From Rotaria sp. (taxonomy: Eukaryota), in contig CAJNSZ010000290.1 in assembly GCA_905329745.1 (NCBI GenBank), positions 73,052 through 84,757 on the forward strand: a stretch of 11,706 bases of DNA, read 5' to 3'. Numbering within the stretch: the first letter of the stretch is position 1; every line of letters starts with the position of its first letter. The position numbers were made by a program, and so were the translations under genes. Below the pieces are notes generated by a model that saw only the letters and a list, made by a program, of their open reading frames with translations, was not told the DNA's origin and ran no database searches. This document shows positions 9,417 through 11,706 of the stretch, in pieces.

Positions 9417-11583
9417 GAAAGAGGAATCATATTTCAACAAGTAAAATTTCTCTTTCTAGTAGCGATTCATTTTCTTCAATAATTTTTATTAATATAGAAT
9501 TGAAATCCTTACTAATAAATAATTACTGCACTTTAATCTTCGGTATATTAACAATCTTAAACTACTTCTGTTTTATTTTGATTGATAAAAGCATATTATT
9601 GAGAAATTTAAGGACAATAGTTGATTTAATAAATTTTCCATTAAACTTTTATTGTTGTTTATTTCTCGCATATATATATGATGATAATCATTCTAGTTTA
9701 CTATAAAATAGATAAGTAGATTAATAAGATTATAATTTTAATTAATTTCTGTTTTTATGTTTACATGGGTATACTTTTTACACAGATACTAAAGGAAATG
9801 TATTGTAGTAGAAGTCAAATTATTGACAATAGAACACAAAATCTTGCATATGCATTAAAACATAATAAATTAAGCTACTATTTCAGTTGATACATCAATT
9901 ATACTTAGCGCATATCTTATCTAATCAGATTTCAAAGAAAAAAAAGAAGTAAATCAATATTTTATTTTATTAAGAGATTTAAATAGTTATAATGTTGTTT
10001 ACAGGAAATATTATTCGTTCGTTTGAATCCTTTTATAAAAACTTCTTTTTATAAATCTTTATTTTCTGAGATTATTATTTCGATTACATAATTGAAATTC
10101 TTCAGTTTTTATTAAATTTAATCAGATCATGCTGAATAATCAATCATCAGTCAATATTAGATCATGAAAGTCAGATAATGATAACCAATATAGAATATTT
10201 TCGACATCGAGAAGTTTAACATTTTTTTGTTTAATACAAATTAATTTTAGTTTTATTGAGTCAAAGTTTAAGAAGAGGTAATACAGATAAATACTTCTTA
10301 TTAGAGATTCTGAGAAGAAGAAAAAAACAACAGATTTCCAAAGAAATTCTTAATCTAAGACTTGTGATCAATAACTTATGTTTTTTTAAACATAATAAGT
10401 AAGAATCAGTATTTTTTATGTGTTTAACATTTTCATTTATGATGAATTAGGAATAAGAAATTTGATGAAACTGTTTTCATTTATTTGTTAGCTTCATATA
10501 AATCTTGAGTTTTTATTCAATGTACTCATTCAATTGGATTTCAATAAGAATAAAATCATAGATATGGGAACACAACATATACTGATATGCTTAAAACGAA
10601 CAATATAAATTAATTTTGCAGATAATCGAATCAGTGCAAATGTTAATTTTGTCATAAAAGCATAATAAAACTGTTTAAAAAAATAAAAGTTCAATGTCAG
10701 ACTAGAGAAGTAAAAATTTTGAGTTTAACTTATTCAAGACTTTATTTAATCATAGTTAAATGATTTTTTGTCAAAATATTCAACTTGCTTTAACAGTATC
10801 AAATGAATACATAATTTAAGTTCGTTATCATTTTTCTTTCAAGTTTACTTGAGAATATTTTACAAATAATTTCTTCAAATCTCAATTAAATCTTCCAAAG
10901 TATTCGAACAAAAAAATAATATTTTTTGATAATAAATTCGTATTAAAAGTGAAAATATTGTAAAGTGTATCTATATAGAGTATTATTTTATTAAAAAATG
11001 CAATCATTAAGATTTCTAAAAGTTTATAACAATAGAACATAATCTCTATTTAATTCAGAATATTTCTTTTTTAAGTCATTTACTTCAATTTCTATTAATC
11101 TAATCGTAATAAGTTGTTCATATTTTCAAGTCCTGTTTTATGTAATGATTATCTACATAGTAGATGTGTTAAGTACAATTCTATAAGATATTTTCCCCAT
11201 TTTTCTCATAAATATAATCTTTAAAAGTTATTTTGAATAGAAAGAGTTTTTAGGTATTATTTCAAATTGAATTGTCGCTATTCAAAGGCTAATGGCAATA
11301 TATATTTATCAGAACTCTATTTTATTATTAATATTTATATAAATGAGTTGATTATGTCAATTACATATTTGAAAATACAAAGAGTTGTTTTAATCAATCA
11401 AAGTTCGTTAAATCAAATTGGAAAATTCATTATCTTTCAATAATAGTTCGAAAGAATGAGATGATAATAGTATAACTACAATATTTTTAAGATGAGGATA
11501 TTTAAAATCTTTTTTTGTTTTTTTTATGAATATGACTCTTGATTTTGTCAAGTTGAAGTGTACAACAAATGATATTAATCAAT

Positions 11584-11706
11584 CAGTGGCGTAGCCATGG
11601 GGGTGGCCATTGGGCAATTGCCCAATAGTTCAAAAGTTATTGCCCAATAAATTTTGCGGACAATAGCAATTGCCCAAAAAATTGGTAAAAACGTTTTTTT
11701 TTGCTC
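11584..11706. mobile_element. possible terminus of a truncated (window-limited) DNA transposon or MITE
   Basis: Abrupt change from AT-rich DNA to CAGTGGCGTAGCCATGGGGGTGGCC at 11584, resembling CAGTGGCGTAG-type ends seen in animal cut-and-paste transposons (recalled, not searched). It continues into ATTGGGCAATTGCCCAAT and further ATTGCCCAA copies. The partner end is not in the window. Confidence 0.45.
11609..11626. repeat. 18 bp perfect palindrome ATTGGGCAATTGCCCAAT
   Basis: The sequence equals its own reverse complement. The half-site ATTGCCCAA recurs at 11617, 11639 and 11669. Confidence 0.95.

Noticed and set aside
9300-9482. Minus-strand 60 aa ORF containing SLYIYIYERG
   Set aside because: It reads through the (CT)n(AT)n microsatellite and is a low-complexity artefact.

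Overview
Probable eukaryotic (most likely invertebrate) intergenic or repeat-rich DNA. It has no bacterial-style operons, no rRNA or tRNA I can recognise, and no confident host gene. The best-supported feature is a nearly complete mariner-type (D,D34D) transposon at about 4085-5773. It has unusually long terminal inverted repeats (132 bp, 123/132 identical). Its 350-codon transposase frame (4509-5558) is interrupted by a single in-frame TAA at codon 238. The second major feature is a 31-33 bp minisatellite, with a conserved core at about 1741-2760 and strongly decayed edges from about 1290 to 3050. It shows traces of higher-order organisation. GATC/CAGAT/GTAAGAT-word-rich tracts flank the minisatellite, and an inverted CCCAGGTCGA pair (599-608 and 3355-3364) brackets it, so the whole 2.77 kb block may be one non-autonomous mobile element. 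This is a hypothesis. The right edge (11584 onward) starts with CAGTGGCGTAGCC, which resembles the terminus of a cut-and-paste DNA transposon, followed by an 18 bp perfect palindrome. About 6.1-11.58 kb is AT-rich and essentially without long ORFs. I found nothing that can be defended as a novel multi-gene system. The long-TIR mariner and the possibly transposon-borne minisatellite are the items most worth following up.
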